Below are positions 38,801 through 52,863 of a stretch of 64,000 bases of DNA, one piece after another. The DNA is taken from contig NC_088858.1 in NCBI RefSeq assembly GCF_963853765.1, forward strand, positions 15,438,001 through 15,502,000. The letters run 5' to 3'. Positions within the stretch are counted from its first letter, which is position 1; each line of letters begins with the position of its first letter. The translations under genes were made by a program, and so were the position numbers. The DNA is from Magallana gigas. Lineage: Eukaryota. A model generated the notes under the pieces. The model was not told the origin of the DNA and searched no databases. It saw nothing but the letters and a program-made list of their open reading frames with translations.

Positions 38801-41800
38801 GATATAAAAGGCTAAATGATGCTATGCTTTGATGAATGAAAATCAAATTATATGCTATAAGATTCCAATGGTATATAATGTAATTCCAATGCTATGCTAT
38901 GAAATTAGATAACTGTAAACATATCATTGGAATTACATTGCATAGGATTGGATCTTATAGCATATCATTTGATTCTCATTCATCATACCATATCATGTAA
39001 AATCATATATCGTCAGACAGCATTTTAATTTACCAAAAAATAGTATAAAAATGTAATGCTATGAGATTTATATGCAATGCTATGATATATGTATGCTATT
39101 ATTAATCTGTTAAAACAAATTATTAATTTGTTATAACAGATTGATAACTTGTTATAACAAATTATTAATTTGTTATATCAAATTACTAATTTGTTATAAC
39201 AAATTGATAATCTGTTATAACAAATTATTAATCTGTTATAACAAATTAATAATCTGTTATAACAAATTATTAATCTGTTATAACAAATTGATAATTTGTT
39301 AAAACAAATTGATAATCTGTTATAACAAATTATTAATTTGTTATAACAAATTGATAATCTGTTATAACAAATTGATAATCTGTTATAACAAATTACTAAT
39401 CTGTTATAACAAATTATTAATCTGTTATATCAAATTGATAATTTGTTTAAACAAATTGATAATATGTTATAACAAATTATTAATCTGTTATAACAAATTA
39501 CTAATCTGTTATAACAAATTATTAATTTGTTATAACAAATTGATAATCTGTTATAACAAATTATTAATCTGTTATAACAAATTACTAACTTGTTATAACA
39601 AATTATTAATTTGTTATAACAAATTACTAATTTGTTATAACAAATTACTAATTTGTTATAACGAATTGATAATCTGTTATAACAAATTACTAATTTGTTA
39701 TAACAAATTGATAATCTGTTATAACAAATTACTAATTTGTTATAACAAATTACTAATCTGTTATAACAAATTAATAAAAAATACTGCTGCGACCCTAATA
39801 CGCTTCCGTAAAATGTTCATTGAAAGCTACTGGCGTACAGAATATTGGTCAATGAGATCAGATGTCATGGCAAGTGACGTCACGAGAACCGTTGATCCCC
39901 CAATGCCACTCAGGGCAGCCACACCGTACACACGGCTGGAGGTAGCCTCATCGATGAAAAAGATCCACACACATGCTCCGAGCGTACAGGATATACCCAT
40001 GACGTAAGTACGCTACAAAGGTAAGTAATTTAATGTTTAAAAAAATCGTAAAACAGTTCAATGGTATGATCACCTGTTTTGCTTGAAATTTTTGGTTTCC
40101 GTGGAGAATTCGGTTTTGTTCTTAACCCAAGAGAGTAAACCACTCCTGGATGTAAAAATGTATACAAAACCACATTTACCAGGATTAGACAACTTAAGTA
40201 TAAACACAGAGAACTAACCTTGCGTCCAAGTAATTGGTTCGTGTTGTTCATGAACAGTGAGGTGCAGAACCCAGCAACATATCCAACTAGAGGAACTATT
40301 GCTACAGAGTTCTGTAAATTTAAAGAAAAAATGGCAATTTTTCTCTCATGTATATATACGTCTATTTAGTATGAAACTGTATTGCTCTGTACTTAAATTG
40401 CTTATTTTAAAGGTTATCGTAGATAAAATACATAAAGTTTAACAATAAAAATGATAAGAAAGAAGCATAGCAATCAAATACTGCTTTATAGCAACCAACC
40501 AGTGGATTTTTTTTTTCCAACACGAACCTTGTGCATATGCAATGTCTCTGTGATGTACATTGGCATATATATCTGCGATATGTTGACGGTCAGTCTTGTA
40601 CACATGTAAATTAAAGCCATCTGAAAAAATAAATTCAGGTAATAACTGAGAATACTATCCTATTACATGTTTATAAGATGATTTCATTGGGGAACGTACT
40701 TGCCTGATAAAAACTAGGTTCTCTAAACCATTCCTTCCAATGCTTATGTAAGTTCATCTTTGGTTTCACATTATCGTCTGGTCGATCTTGAGTACGACCA
40801 TCCATTATACTATGACTCGAGACAAACGAAATTCGTTTCTTTGAAGTACTAGGCGTTTTCGTCCGCGATTCACTTTTGAGAATTCCAGAAATTGTTGGGT
40901 TTGTATTGCTCCGTATAGTTGACATTTCTATGTCATTTTCAGGACACGAAATCGAAGGAATTATCGCTAAAACATCGCTCTCTGGACATGACATAGATGA
41001 TATTTTTCTTTCTATCGAGTCGTGCTTTTTACTACAAATTTTATCGGAAGAAGGTGATTTGAATATTCCTCTAAAGCTATTTTTTGAATTAGGAGAGTTA
41101 GTCATGTTTCTTTTTGTCTCTTTTGGAAAAATATCGACATTTTTTGTTTCTTCTACAGTACTGATTTTATCTTTATTGACAGTTTTTTCTATTTGAGCCG
41201 TAACTTCGTTTAATGCAGATTTTCTCGTATCTTTCTTGTCGAGCTGATATCCAGTTCCTGGCAAAGGATTATCTTTTTCATGCACAGTGCAGTAGAAAAC
41301 ACAGCTAAAAGCTACGCCTATAACTACCACACATATTGCCAAGTCCTGCAAAACAATGCATGCATTGTATTAATTAAATTAGATTAAAACATAAACCATA
41401 TCATGTCTTACTATTACTTTTTATATTAAGAAAATTTGACACAAAACGATTATCAATAGCAAACAGGCTGATGATGTCAATATCATGCTTACAGCAACGT
41501 CATTAACGGATAAAACGAAGTACAAATACGTTTGAAACAACTTTTTTTTTGTTCTTAACATTTCGAGATACACGAGTTTCACTCACTCATATCACAGTAA
41601 TATTAATCTTGTTTGTTTTTTTTTCAAAATATTTTGGCACCCGATTTTATAGAGCGGTTGAGAATGCTCAAAAATAAATTATACAGACAAAAAATGTTGC
41701 TCATATATACTCTGAATATATCCCCGTCTTCTGCATTGAGGAAGGTACTGGCCTCCTCCGCTCTGTGTGCGTCAAAAAATAACCAGGCGAGTAGATACAC

Positions 41801-42486
41801 CAGCATGTGACACAGGACTGTTATGGCATATCTGTTGAATTTGAAAGGTTGAATTGAAATCTTAACTTATGAATGGAATTGAAGATTTTCATAAAACGCA
41901 GAAAAAATATTGATTGAGTACCTCCATCCGTTTAACTGAACCTTCTCAACTGCAGAAAATGTCATTTCAGGGATCAGAGCTAAATGACCAATTTGGGCAC
42001 ACGCCCATCCAAATTGGAATATAACAATAAGAGGTACGTAGTATATAAATTGTGCCCAATCGGGGACACCAACGCAGAACCAACATGGTATAAAGATGAA
42101 AGGAAATCCAAGGCAGCTACAAATCGTCCCTTAAACAAGATGAAAGAATCAGTGAAAAAAATGACATGTTATTAAATAACATATATATTTTTGAAATAAA
42201 TAATTCTGAAACTGTTACCTATCAAATGCCAGGATTTTCGTCTTCCAATATTGAAGCATCCAGATTTGCTATTGTCTGAAGCCAAACCAACCAATGGGGT
42301 CAGAACGGCGTCCACGGATTGACCAATCATCATCAGGGTACCTGCCAGGGTGTCGTTGAAGTTTTTCACTTCATGAAAGTACGCTATGAGGTATGTGTAC
42401 CACATGGAAGCTGTTAGATCATTGAAAGCATGCCCGACACTGTACCCAAGCTTTCTCTTGATTGGAATTGATTCTCCTGCCATCAT
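35898..42486 (-). CDS. MFSD12: Major facilitator superfamily transporter, MFSD12-like; 10 exons, about 632 aa
   Basis: Exons 42486-42219, 42129-41922, 41831-41711, 41345-40704, 40620-40528, 40311-40219, 40012-39839, 37236-37145, 36829-36681, 35956-35898, in consistent phase. Motifs: YSVGHAFNDLTASMWYTY, GRRKSWHLIG, IFQFGWA, WFREPSFYQ, LVTSLAMTSDLI, AFVYGAMSFTEKLANG. The last exon is less certain. Confidence 0.92.
37354..39810. mobile_element. Fold-back type non-autonomous DNA transposon (2,457 bp) in an MFSD12 intron
   Basis: Ends tacggaagcgtattagggccgcagcagtattttttattaatttgttataac and its reverse complement (1 mismatch), flanked by the 6-bp direct repeat aaatgt (37348-37353 / 39811-39816). 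The arms are arrays of 21-bp units, and the inverted symmetry continues into the inner region (about 38205-38280 vs about 39020-39105). Confidence 0.88.
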
Positions 42487-44908
42487 ATATTTCCACAGAA
42501 AATTGTTTTTATCGTATTTTTATCTCTTTGACAACTTTTTCTTAAAACACTTCATTTCACCATTGGTATAAAACACTCCATTTCAGTATCATTATTAGGA
42601 ATATAAACACGCAATAAGTTCACTTGTGGGAGAAAAATATACTGGCTGTAAACCTTGAATGATAAAATTTTTAGAGACCATTCGAAATAAGTTACTTGGT
42701 TGTGTAAAGGTTGCCATTGGCCCATGCTAAGGACTTATGAATGTAGATTTTAGTTTAATTTCAATGTTTTTATGAATGAATGTTCACACAAGAAAAAGTT
42801 AAATTGTGTCAAGTATAAATTACATGTTTACGAAATAACGAATATTACCCGTGACTATAGATCTTTAGTATTTTATGTCGTTTTATAGTCATTTGTCTAT
42901 AGATATTAATATAAGCTATTGCATTATTTTACTTCTTGTCTGTTCCTTTTTGGAAACAGAAAATTATCTGCACATGTCCTCGTGAAATGAACACGCGTTA
43001 TGCATCAAACTATACGTACATTTTTCTTTCAGTATCCCGACCCTTTCTCTCCCCCCAAGCTAACAGTGGTGACGTCAGCAAGGTTTTGATGGTCCAGAAT
43101 TTATGTTATGCTAGAAGGAGAATGTGTAATATGTGTCTCGTTTTCTGAATTATTTTATTGCTTCGGTCTTTTTTAATCAATTATATTCATCTTTTTTCAT
43201 CGTGTCAAACGGCAACCAATGTTTTATTTTTTGTGATGGATCGCGGCGTCATTTCTTTACTATAATGTTCATCAGCTCAGCAGCTTTGCAAAGATGCAAG
43301 AAAAGCAAGTACATAACAAACCGTAGTTTCAGAGGAAAATGTTATCCAATTTTTCATCGTTAATAGGTATTTTGGGTGCAGTTAAGAAGCAAACATTCGG
43401 TAAGAAAAAATGCTAATGATATTCAAGGTTGCGTCTTGCAAAAAAACAAAACAAAACAAAACCAAAAAATTTTACTTATTTCAATTTAGTGGTTTAATCC
43501 AATATGCAGTTTTAACAAAAATAATACATTCCGATTAACCAACTACATGCACACGTGCACTAAACTCACGCTATGCTATTGTTTGGTGGTATAAAACCAT
43601 ATTTCGATTAACAAAATTAATGAATAACCGATTTTGCTGAAGTTATTTATACATTTCAACACTGCAAGAATTTAGTTGAGATTAAATCCAAAGTCTAAAT
43701 CTCAACTAATTTTGAAGTCTCTAAATTAACCACTGCATGGATCCGAAAAGCATCTTATAGCATCTTATTTTAAAATTTCAAATCTGGTTATTCAGTCGTG
43801 TCTTTTAACGATTATTTTCAAACTAGCGAATATCCATTACATGTACTTGCTTTCAACAGTTCTGTTTACAAGTTTCTTTTCATAGTCAATTTGTATTTAG
43901 TATTGCAGCTGTATCATGTGCACGAGTCTACAAGCATGCATGCCAGTCAGTCTCACATGCACGCCTATACATGTATCTTTATTCTTTCGCCACGCTCAGT
44001 CAAATGTCATAGAATTGTTTGCCCAAGGTCAGCCCTCTTCTAAGAGTTTATGCTTTTTATTAAAATAAGACAAACCTTTTGACACACAGAACAGGTTGTA
44101 ATTAACATTAATCAGCTAATTTGGCGTTATTCTGTTTAATTATAGACCAGTATAGATATTTACTGTTTAATAATACTCTCCATGCCAAAAAAATTTCAAT
44201 ATGAAGTTTATCTTTGAAAAAATACGATTATTAGGTCAAAAGTCAGATTGAAGGCAGGTGTAAAAAAAAAAGAGTTACTCTGTGGCTCTTGCATTATATA
44301 TACACGTGTTCACACATTAATGAGAGATGCATGGTTCACAAAGACTGACAACTGACAACTGAAGTTAGGAGAATGATCTGTACGTTTCAACACTCCCTAA
44401 TTAAAAACAATTTGCATATTAAGGTTAAACATCCACAGTATATCATAACTTTATGTGCATCCTTAGGCATGGTGTTAACAATCACTTGACTTAATTTAAA
44501 ACATGAATGAAAACAGAAAACAATTAAATTATATGATAATATGTACAGTAAAGTATTTAGACATTTGTCATCCCATGTTAAACTATGGGATATGGAGATT
44601 ATTTATAAGCAACAAACAAACAAAATGCACATATTTTTTAAAATAAACACTCACAGCAATCTATGTGGATTTAGTAATGCAAATGAATTGAAAAAAAATG
44701 CACACATTAAAAAAATATAAATAATCACGAAGGTCAGGATACGAAAATACCCTACATAAAAGCACATATAAAATTGTTAAAAATTTTTTGTGATGTCTCG
44801 CTGTGATGTAACTCTTGATTAAACAGTTAATATGCTTAAACAGTTAAGTCAATTGGTATAAAAAGAGAAAATGATTTCGCAATCAAAAATTGTGTTGTGA
44901 AAAAAATG

Positions 44909-47900
44909 TCAACACATTGTTTGATTTCGTTGGCTCCAAAATCCTAAATTGTTTGAAAATTCAAAAATCAAATTGTTTTCTCCAGAAAAGAACAACATCT
45001 TTTGTGAATCTGCTTTTGCGCATGCGTCGACTTCATGAGGATACGGTGTATGATTGGTTGATTTGAATGGATTGTTGGCGCTGTTTGATTTCCATTCCAC
45101 TGCAGTTGGGTTTGTTCCGATGTCATGTATATACAAGTAGTCATCAGCAAACACATACAAAATATCGCCATTTTTAGTTACACAGTCAATGGAGTTAATA
45201 AAACGGTGGTGAAATCGAAGATTGAACATGCTAGAAATCGTTTCATTTTGAAGACAAGCAGCCGATGTTTCGTTCAAAACCGTTGAAATGGGATATGTAT
45301 AGACAAATAAACCTGTATTAAAGAATTTTTTTTATTATTTAATCATATTTACACTATATAATCAATTGATTTAGCAGTTTATCTATTTGAAAATCACATT
45401 GCATCGAAAAATTCTGGGATGTACTTTTAAATAAAAATTTGCATTTGCGTTGAGGAAATGCATTTATTAAACAAAGGAGCCATTCAAATGAATTTTAGCA
45501 CAGTTTAACCACATTTGATTTTTAAACATAAATAGTAAATATAAATATGAGAAAGGTGACGTTTTTGTCGTTTCGCAATGAATCGTCTATCTTACGGTGG
45601 TTTATCTACATTAACCATTATCTAATTATCATGAGTTAATAAGAGGTTAAGTACTTAAGTATTTCGGCTTCATAATGCTGGGCATAAAAATTCATTTCAC
45701 ATTTTATGGACCACAGAAATGCTATTTCAATAGAACGGAATGAATTACACGATGTTCCTCCCTAAGCAAAAGGTGTGCACATTTTGAAATTATGAAACAT
45801 CTTGTAACCAATGATTTTGTAGAATGACGATTTGCAATTCCACTCATGAAGGGATGCAAACATTTTCCACGCAGATAGTTTTAAAATAGGTTTCAATACC
45901 TATTATTGTAGATCTTTACGCAATATAAAAATAACTTAAGTTTAATAAAATAAAATGTGGAGGTATTTAATACACTAAGCTAAATAAATTTACACATACG
46001 AATAAAACTTTAGGTAAAATTGCAACGTTTTTCATTTTTTCAAACATATAATATATATGTAACCATATACCTAATGATGAAGAATGCTGATAACAAATTA
46101 TAAAACCCTTATATGATACTGACACTAATTTTGAACATGTCCATGTCTTCAGGTTTTATCAACATATGTATTAAAAAATGAAAAACGTTGCATTTTCATG
46201 CATACACATATTCATATATATATTATGTCAGTAGTGTGTACTGTTATATATATCATACCTTGAACAATATAAACATATGTATTGTCATCAAATGCAGCGT
46301 CAATTGGCCCCACTATTCCTGGAAATAAGTCTGAAATACGACGCGAGCTGTATGGTCCTTTTTCCAAATCATGGTAACTGCCATACATAAGGACCAGACT
46401 GTTACTAAACAGGACTAGCTTCCTGCTGGGCAGTATTATGGAGGCATCGATCTTGCACGATGTCCGGTGCGGTCCAGTTGATGAAGCGTTTTTAAGGGGG
46501 TCGTGTCTACACAGAGAAGTGAAATTCTTAGTCTGTTGAAAAAAAGTACATATGAATGACATTAATGAGAAATAAACTTGAACAATCCTAAACGAAAAGG
46601 AGACAATACCAAGACATTTGCTGTGTTCTCTTTGCTTTAAAGTTTATGTTCTTTTTGGTTTAAAGTTTGAAAGAGCAATGTCTTCTTTATTTAACAATCG
46701 CATACAGTTCTTACAAACATGCTCAATAACTTACAGGCTAAATATTGTCAAAAAAGGTGAGGAAGTTTATAAAATTTGCAACTTTTTTATCCTTCTAATC
46801 TTTTATCACTGTATTATTTTTTTCTGTGAGCTATTGCCAAAGCGGTATTTAAAAAAAAATAATTCTGATTTCATAATTGTTTTGGCCAGCGAATGAACTG
46901 TAATGAAAATCAGATAAACTACACCTTTAGTTTAACATTTATTTCAACTACACGTGATCAGAGCAATGTACCCATTAAAACCATTATAAAGCGTTTATAG
47001 CCTGTCATTCCTAATCTGCCAACAAATTTTATGGCTAATGGTTTAATGTGGAAAAAAAATCCCAGACACGAAATACTTAAGGATATCTTAGCACTGTTTA
47101 CTATAAAAAATAATCATTTATAGATCGTCTTTACATAGGATGTTTTTACATCCCATTGCAAGAAAATGTGCTCAACATCCATTATAAAACACTCCAATAA
47201 CAATTAACTTTAATGTTAAACATAAAATGGAATCGACAAATTGAAAAGCAATAAATTGGACGAGGATGTCGGTTCACGAACAAGTTGAATGGCATAGTCT
47301 GAAATTAAGGTGGAAAAAAGTGATTTACCAAAACTGATGCGACTAACAAGATCCAAATAATTGAATACTTATTTGTGGATTTAATTTACATTATCTCTAA
47401 GATTTTGATCAAATTCTTTAAATTAGATATTTAAATTTTTAACATATTTAAGATATCCGACATTATTAATCAAGCATACGATCAAATTTACAAAATGCAA
47501 ATTTACAAAATGCAACGGAAGCGTATTGCTGCCAATTCAAATGAATTTTAACTAAGTCGTACATACGAGATACTAAATTGTGCGTATTAGATAATAGGTC
47601 ACTATAACAAGATAATATGTCGTACGTACGAGATACTAAATCGTAATAACGAGTATATCGACGTATAACGAGTATATCGACGTGATCTTATCTCCTTGTA
47701 CAAGTGGACATAATTTTGACGTTACATATATTTTATAAGAAAATGAAACTGAATTTTAATTAAAAAAATTAATACATCATCACGAAGCGAAGCAATTATA
47801 CATTTCCCTAAACATATCGTACATACGACTTAGTATCGCGTTTTTACTACATATCATTTCGTTATAACGCTTTGTAATTCGTACGTAAGTCTCAGAATCT

Positions 47901-48534
47901 CGTACTTACAACTTAGTTTTTTTTAACTGGCAGCAATATTAAAAGGCTTCCGTACACAACGAATAGTAAATGTAAATTCATATCATAATGATTTTTTATT
48001 ACGTTTATGTTCAATCCTTTTCATTGATAAAAGAGCAGAATCCAGGTAACAGCATTAATGAAATGTAATATAAGAGAATTATTTAGTAAACCAGCTTAAT
48101 GAAACCGGTTAATTAGAAAAATAGGAATATTACAACAAAACAGCCACCCCTTCCAAAAATATTACCAATCAAAACAAAAGAAACATGCAGAAAAAAATTA
48201 AGAGGATTTCTCAACAGAATATTTCAAAAACACCTAAGACTAAACTCACTGACCGGTTGAGGATTCCGTCTTACGTAAACGTTGCGAACGTCGAGCGTCG
48301 TTTGATGGCTGAATCCCCATTACTATCTGCACAAAAACACTTGCCTTTTCTATATCGAAAGACGTCAAAATAACCTGTTTCCCCACACATTGCTGCGCAT
48401 TGCAACCGACTTCTACTTCGAAATTGCACCTCTTCTGTGAATAAACAATGTGTTCTCCATTTTTGAAAGTTATTCACAAGTTCTTTTGCGGCAGCTAAAA
48501 AAATTAAGGGAAAACATAAAACAATATACTTCAT
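44909..48534 (-). CDS. Secreted protein with an N-terminal Cys-rich (PAN/apple-like) segment and hemopexin-like repeats; apparent 1-nt frameshift in exon 1
   Basis: Exon about 48534-48254: signal peptide MKYIVLCFPLIFLAAA, then SRLQCAAMC...CFC. Exon 46532-46259: CKIDASII..LVLF, ISDLFPGIVGPIDAAF. Exon 45312-44909: SIDCVTKNGDILYVF, HEVDACAK..MLFFSG..terminal C*. Domain names are assigned by motif resemblance only. Confidence 0.68.
47514..47954. mobile_element. Degenerate MITE with acggaagcgtatt...gcttccgta ends
   Basis: Left acggaagcgtattgctgcca, right tggcagcaatatt(aaaag)gcttccgta, with internal tcgtac/tacgag subrepeats. No TSD visible. Confidence 0.55.
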
Positions 48535-51500
48535 ATTAATTCATGGAGAATCTCTTCACCTCGACTTTTTTGTGTGATTCTATCTTAATGATCTTATTTT
48601 TTGTTTCCGTTTGCTCTAAAAAGCCCTTAATATTATAATTAAAGCGACGGAGTTCGTAAAAGTCGGATAACATCTGCAGAATTCCGATTTGTCAATAAAA
48701 ACGTGTTCGATGGTTCTGGGAACGTGTTTCAGGTTTGCAGTTTAGAATTAACGAAATGTCAACAGAAAATCGAATCAAATCCATGGTCTTTTTGATGAGG
48801 AGATTTGAAATAACAATGGCTAGATTCAATATTCCCAATAAACTACGCACTTGGTTCAATGTCCTTGCTGATAAGTGTACTTAGTTTTTACTATTCGATA
48901 ATTGCTGGAAACATTTGCAATTTATAAAAAAAGAATGATATATACATTCTATATTATCTGAAAAGTCCGGTTTTTATATTTTGAAGAGTGACTCCTGTAA
49001 TGTTTTTTAGATGCAGTTATAAACGAAAGTAAATCTAAAATAAGTCAATTACTATTAAACAAACAAACACTGTAACTACTTTTAATTTGAGCTCATTAAT
49101 TAAAAGGATAGAAACTGGGTTTTAATCTTTTTTAAAAGCTATAAATTTTGAACAGTTTTTATGTTATTTTATATTAATCAATGAAATCAAATTTGAAAAA
49201 AAATATATTGTAAAGTCTTACTTTTAAAAAAAAACTGCATAAGTCAATTTTAATACAATTTACTTTTTTAAAAAATCAGCTGAAATAAATAAATAAATAC
49301 TTATATGGTCATAACGCACAACTACCATCTGACAGTCGATTTAAACCCCAAATAAAAATCAACGATAATAGAATTTTAAAGACATAAAGCAACATACCTT
49401 AAAACAAAACAAAAACAAATCTGAGAAAATATAAAACTATTTCATAGACAGAATTCGTAAATGCTTTTATTACAAATTCAATTACTACAGTGTTATGGTA
49501 TATATATCCACAAAATATTTAGGTAAATTACATGGGAAAGCATATTCAAAAATCCTTCTATTTCATTTGTTTGAATTTGCAACAATAACAGGGACGTGGT
49601 TTTCTTTGATATCTTCATAGGTGCAATGTCATTTTAGTTTTTAAGTTATGATGAATTTAAGATACTAGTAACAAATTTCCTGGTTAAAGTGCAATCAAGC
49701 ATACTTATCAAATTCAATAAATCATTGTGTGGAAATGTCTTCGATGATATCAATATTTTTGCAACCGCAAATCTTTCGTGTAAATAAAGAACTAGCAGTA
49801 GTGCTTTATGAAATATATTAATATATGTTGATCATATCTCCCTTTCAGTTCATTGGTTGTTGCTCTTGACTTCTGTAGGCTAATTGTCAAATGATAAGCG
49901 ATTTTATATCTAAGCGTTGATCAACATTTTGAAGTGATAATGAATGAATTTCATTAATCTTCTTAACTCACCAATAGTTGTGAGCAAGAAGAAAGAATGC
50001 GATATGAAAATATCTATAATATTAAGGATAATGGGTTAACAGATTTTTTAAATTCTACATTAAAAAGTATCCATATAGAATTGCCATTTTGAATTATGTA
50101 GTTTTTTCAATCTAGAGAAGTTTAAAAATTGTTTCCATTGGCAACGATTTTATATTTTTTCATTATAGCATATGTTTGAATATTTGAAAAAAAAAAAGAA
50201 ATTGAAAACGAAGAAAAAACCACAACAATATCAGTTGTGCGATGTACAGATTTCTTATTTTCTGTTTCAATTCTCATTTGAAAGCTATATCTCTCTCAAT
50301 CTGTTCTCAGTTGCATAATAAAAAACACATCCAATAATAGAAATGTAGACAACGACCTGTGCCATATCCTAAATTATAGCTGCGCCGTTAAAGTACTTCC
50401 TTTCCAATCATATTTGTATGCATTTCTAAACCGAATTTTAACAGCTTCATTAAGAGGTTGGAATTTGATAAATATGTTTTTCATGCATTAGAAAGGGGTT
50501 CTCAATGCAAAGATTTCAAAGAATAGAAAATCAAGGAATCAAAAAGAAAATCCAAAAATAAAACTTTTTGAATGAATAAGCAAGACTATTTAATGATACC
50601 TTCAGCAAATAAACAAAAGATAATTACTATTAAAATTGAATATCAATCTATGAATATAAAAAGAGTGTCTCTTCAGATATTGGGACATGTCGGCGTTAAG
50701 TGCAATTGTAATGGTATCATTCATTGATTTTAATTCACAATATCTTTCTCTCAACAAACGGATAAATGCTAATCGATTATATGTTTTAAGAAAAGATTTA
50801 AACAATTCACCATATTCTATATTACAATTAAACAATCTTTCTTTATACAACTAAATTTTGACTTGAATAGCTCCGCTACTAAGATCTAATAAAGACCTAA
50901 TTAATTTTTTAATGTATCTTGTGTACAACGACAGCAATTTCTTTGTGCACTGTGAACAAACACATAACGTTATCTGACAATAGCATAAGGCAGCATAATG
51001 ACGCCACAAGGAAAGTCCTAATGAAGTATTTATTCTTCGAATATGGTGTAAAAATTTACAAGTAATTTGGATTCGGCCTAAAACAAAAAGTTGTGTGTTT
51101 AGGGTAACTCGACCTAACCTACAAATATGCCCCGATCCTACAATTTTTAGATGTCTGTTTTTATTCGATTGTGATTTTCAAATTATTTGTATTAAAAACC
51201 CATTTTTAAATATGACACAAACAAACATTCGTAGGATTCATGCAGAAATAAATATGATAAAGTAAAAAAAAATCCCTACCTACCTAACCTAATTCTTTCA
51301 TCAGTGTTACCCTGACAACACAATTTATCTTAATAGGCCTTATCAATGATATACAATGATTAAAGGAGGTAGAAGAATATAATCAGCATGCAGTTTATCG
51401 ATGTAAAAGATTCAAAATTTATCACCTGACCAAATATAATAATTTGTTTTGTGGCAAGTAGCCATCCATGAAAAGTTTGCTTTGATTTAACTGAAGAAAC

Positions 51501-52863
51501 TTAAAGTTAATAACTTATCATAGTTATAAAAGAAATGTCTAATTATCATTAGTTGTAGCAAATTCATCTTATACGATACTTTTGATTTTTAATAAAGTAT
51601 ATTTTTTTTAAAATTAACATTTAATAGTTATTATATTATTAATTTATTTTAGAATGCAAAGAATAAGACGACTTTGGTTAAAAGAAAAGAATTGACTAAT
51701 GCTGTCAAACGCTAAACCAGGTTGTACAGAACATAAACCTATATTGTCAAAAATGACTTACATATGTTTTGTACAGTCTATGATTTTATGGATTTTGTAG
51801 CAATACTTTTTCATTCAACCATATTTTATCGTTTTTATCATAACGGGAACACCCACGCACTGATATGGAGGAAACCATTCAGTACACCTTTTGCAGAATC
51901 TTCTATATACATGAACTTATAATAACAAAATCATGAAAAAATCACAACCATTACATCAGCAATAACGACATACAGTGTACATTAATTAATAGTTAATATA
52001 TGTATAATGGCATATACATGTAGTTCAACATTTCTGTCACACAATTAGATTTAAACTGTTAGAGTTTGCGAACACTAACGCTTGCTTCATTCCTGGTGGT
52101 AGGGATAAGGCATGATGAGTTCTTTGTTTACTTGATCAAAATAGTTCTTTTTGAAGTTGTCTATTGTAGCTAAAAGAGTAAAAATCCAAACCCGAGGAAA
52201 CGTTTGGAACGATTGTCCATACAAACAGTATAATGATCGTATATTGATTCAATAAAACTGTACTAGATAGTCCGCATAGCCTCTATGTAAATGTTACTAC
52301 AAGAAGAAATTCATAGATGAATATGACACTTTTAAACACATTTTAGAGCAATTCCTTTAGATTTATTAAGAACGGACAAAGGAAATTGCATTTCTATTTT
52401 CACCCCTTAAACAAAATAATATATTTTAAATGTTTTTAATGTTTCTGTATCATACATTAGTCAGTATCACAGTATACGATAATTAGAAATGTTGATTATC
52501 AACATATGTATGCATTGTTCCAAACTATCGTGCACTTCCAAATAGATTTGTTAAGCGATTGAACGTTCAGGCAGGAAAATGCTGTAAAAACGTTAGAACT
52601 ACTTCCAAGTTTACTTTCCAAGTTGTATTCCTCATGGAAAATATTGTTAAAAATGTTGTGAAAGAAATTTAAGTTAAATTCAAGTAATGGATGAAACTGC
52701 AGCCAAGAAGTTTTTTTTTTAAAGTGCATGAACTCACAAAGCGAATACAAATTAACATAATGTAGTTTGAAGGCGAACCTTTTCACAACTGAATAAGTAA
52801 CTGTATAATTAATATTCTAAACATGTTCATCAAACAATATTTGGGGCTTGATGTACACGCTGA

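Noticed and set aside
37390-39775. Regular short palindromic repeats resembling a CRISPR array
   Set aside because: No unique spacers (only 3-nt linkers), no cas genes, eukaryotic intron context.
39309-40007. 232-aa ORF of (LLICYNK)n repeats, and similar ORFs at 37310-37519 and 37846-38046
   Set aside because: These are translations of the 21-bp palindromic array of the fold-back element. The 3' part is antisense to an MFSD12 exon.
49600-50900. Possible very old LINE relic on the minus strand
   Set aside because: Patchy protein-like stretches with many stops, and no convincing RT motif could be read. Needs a profile search.
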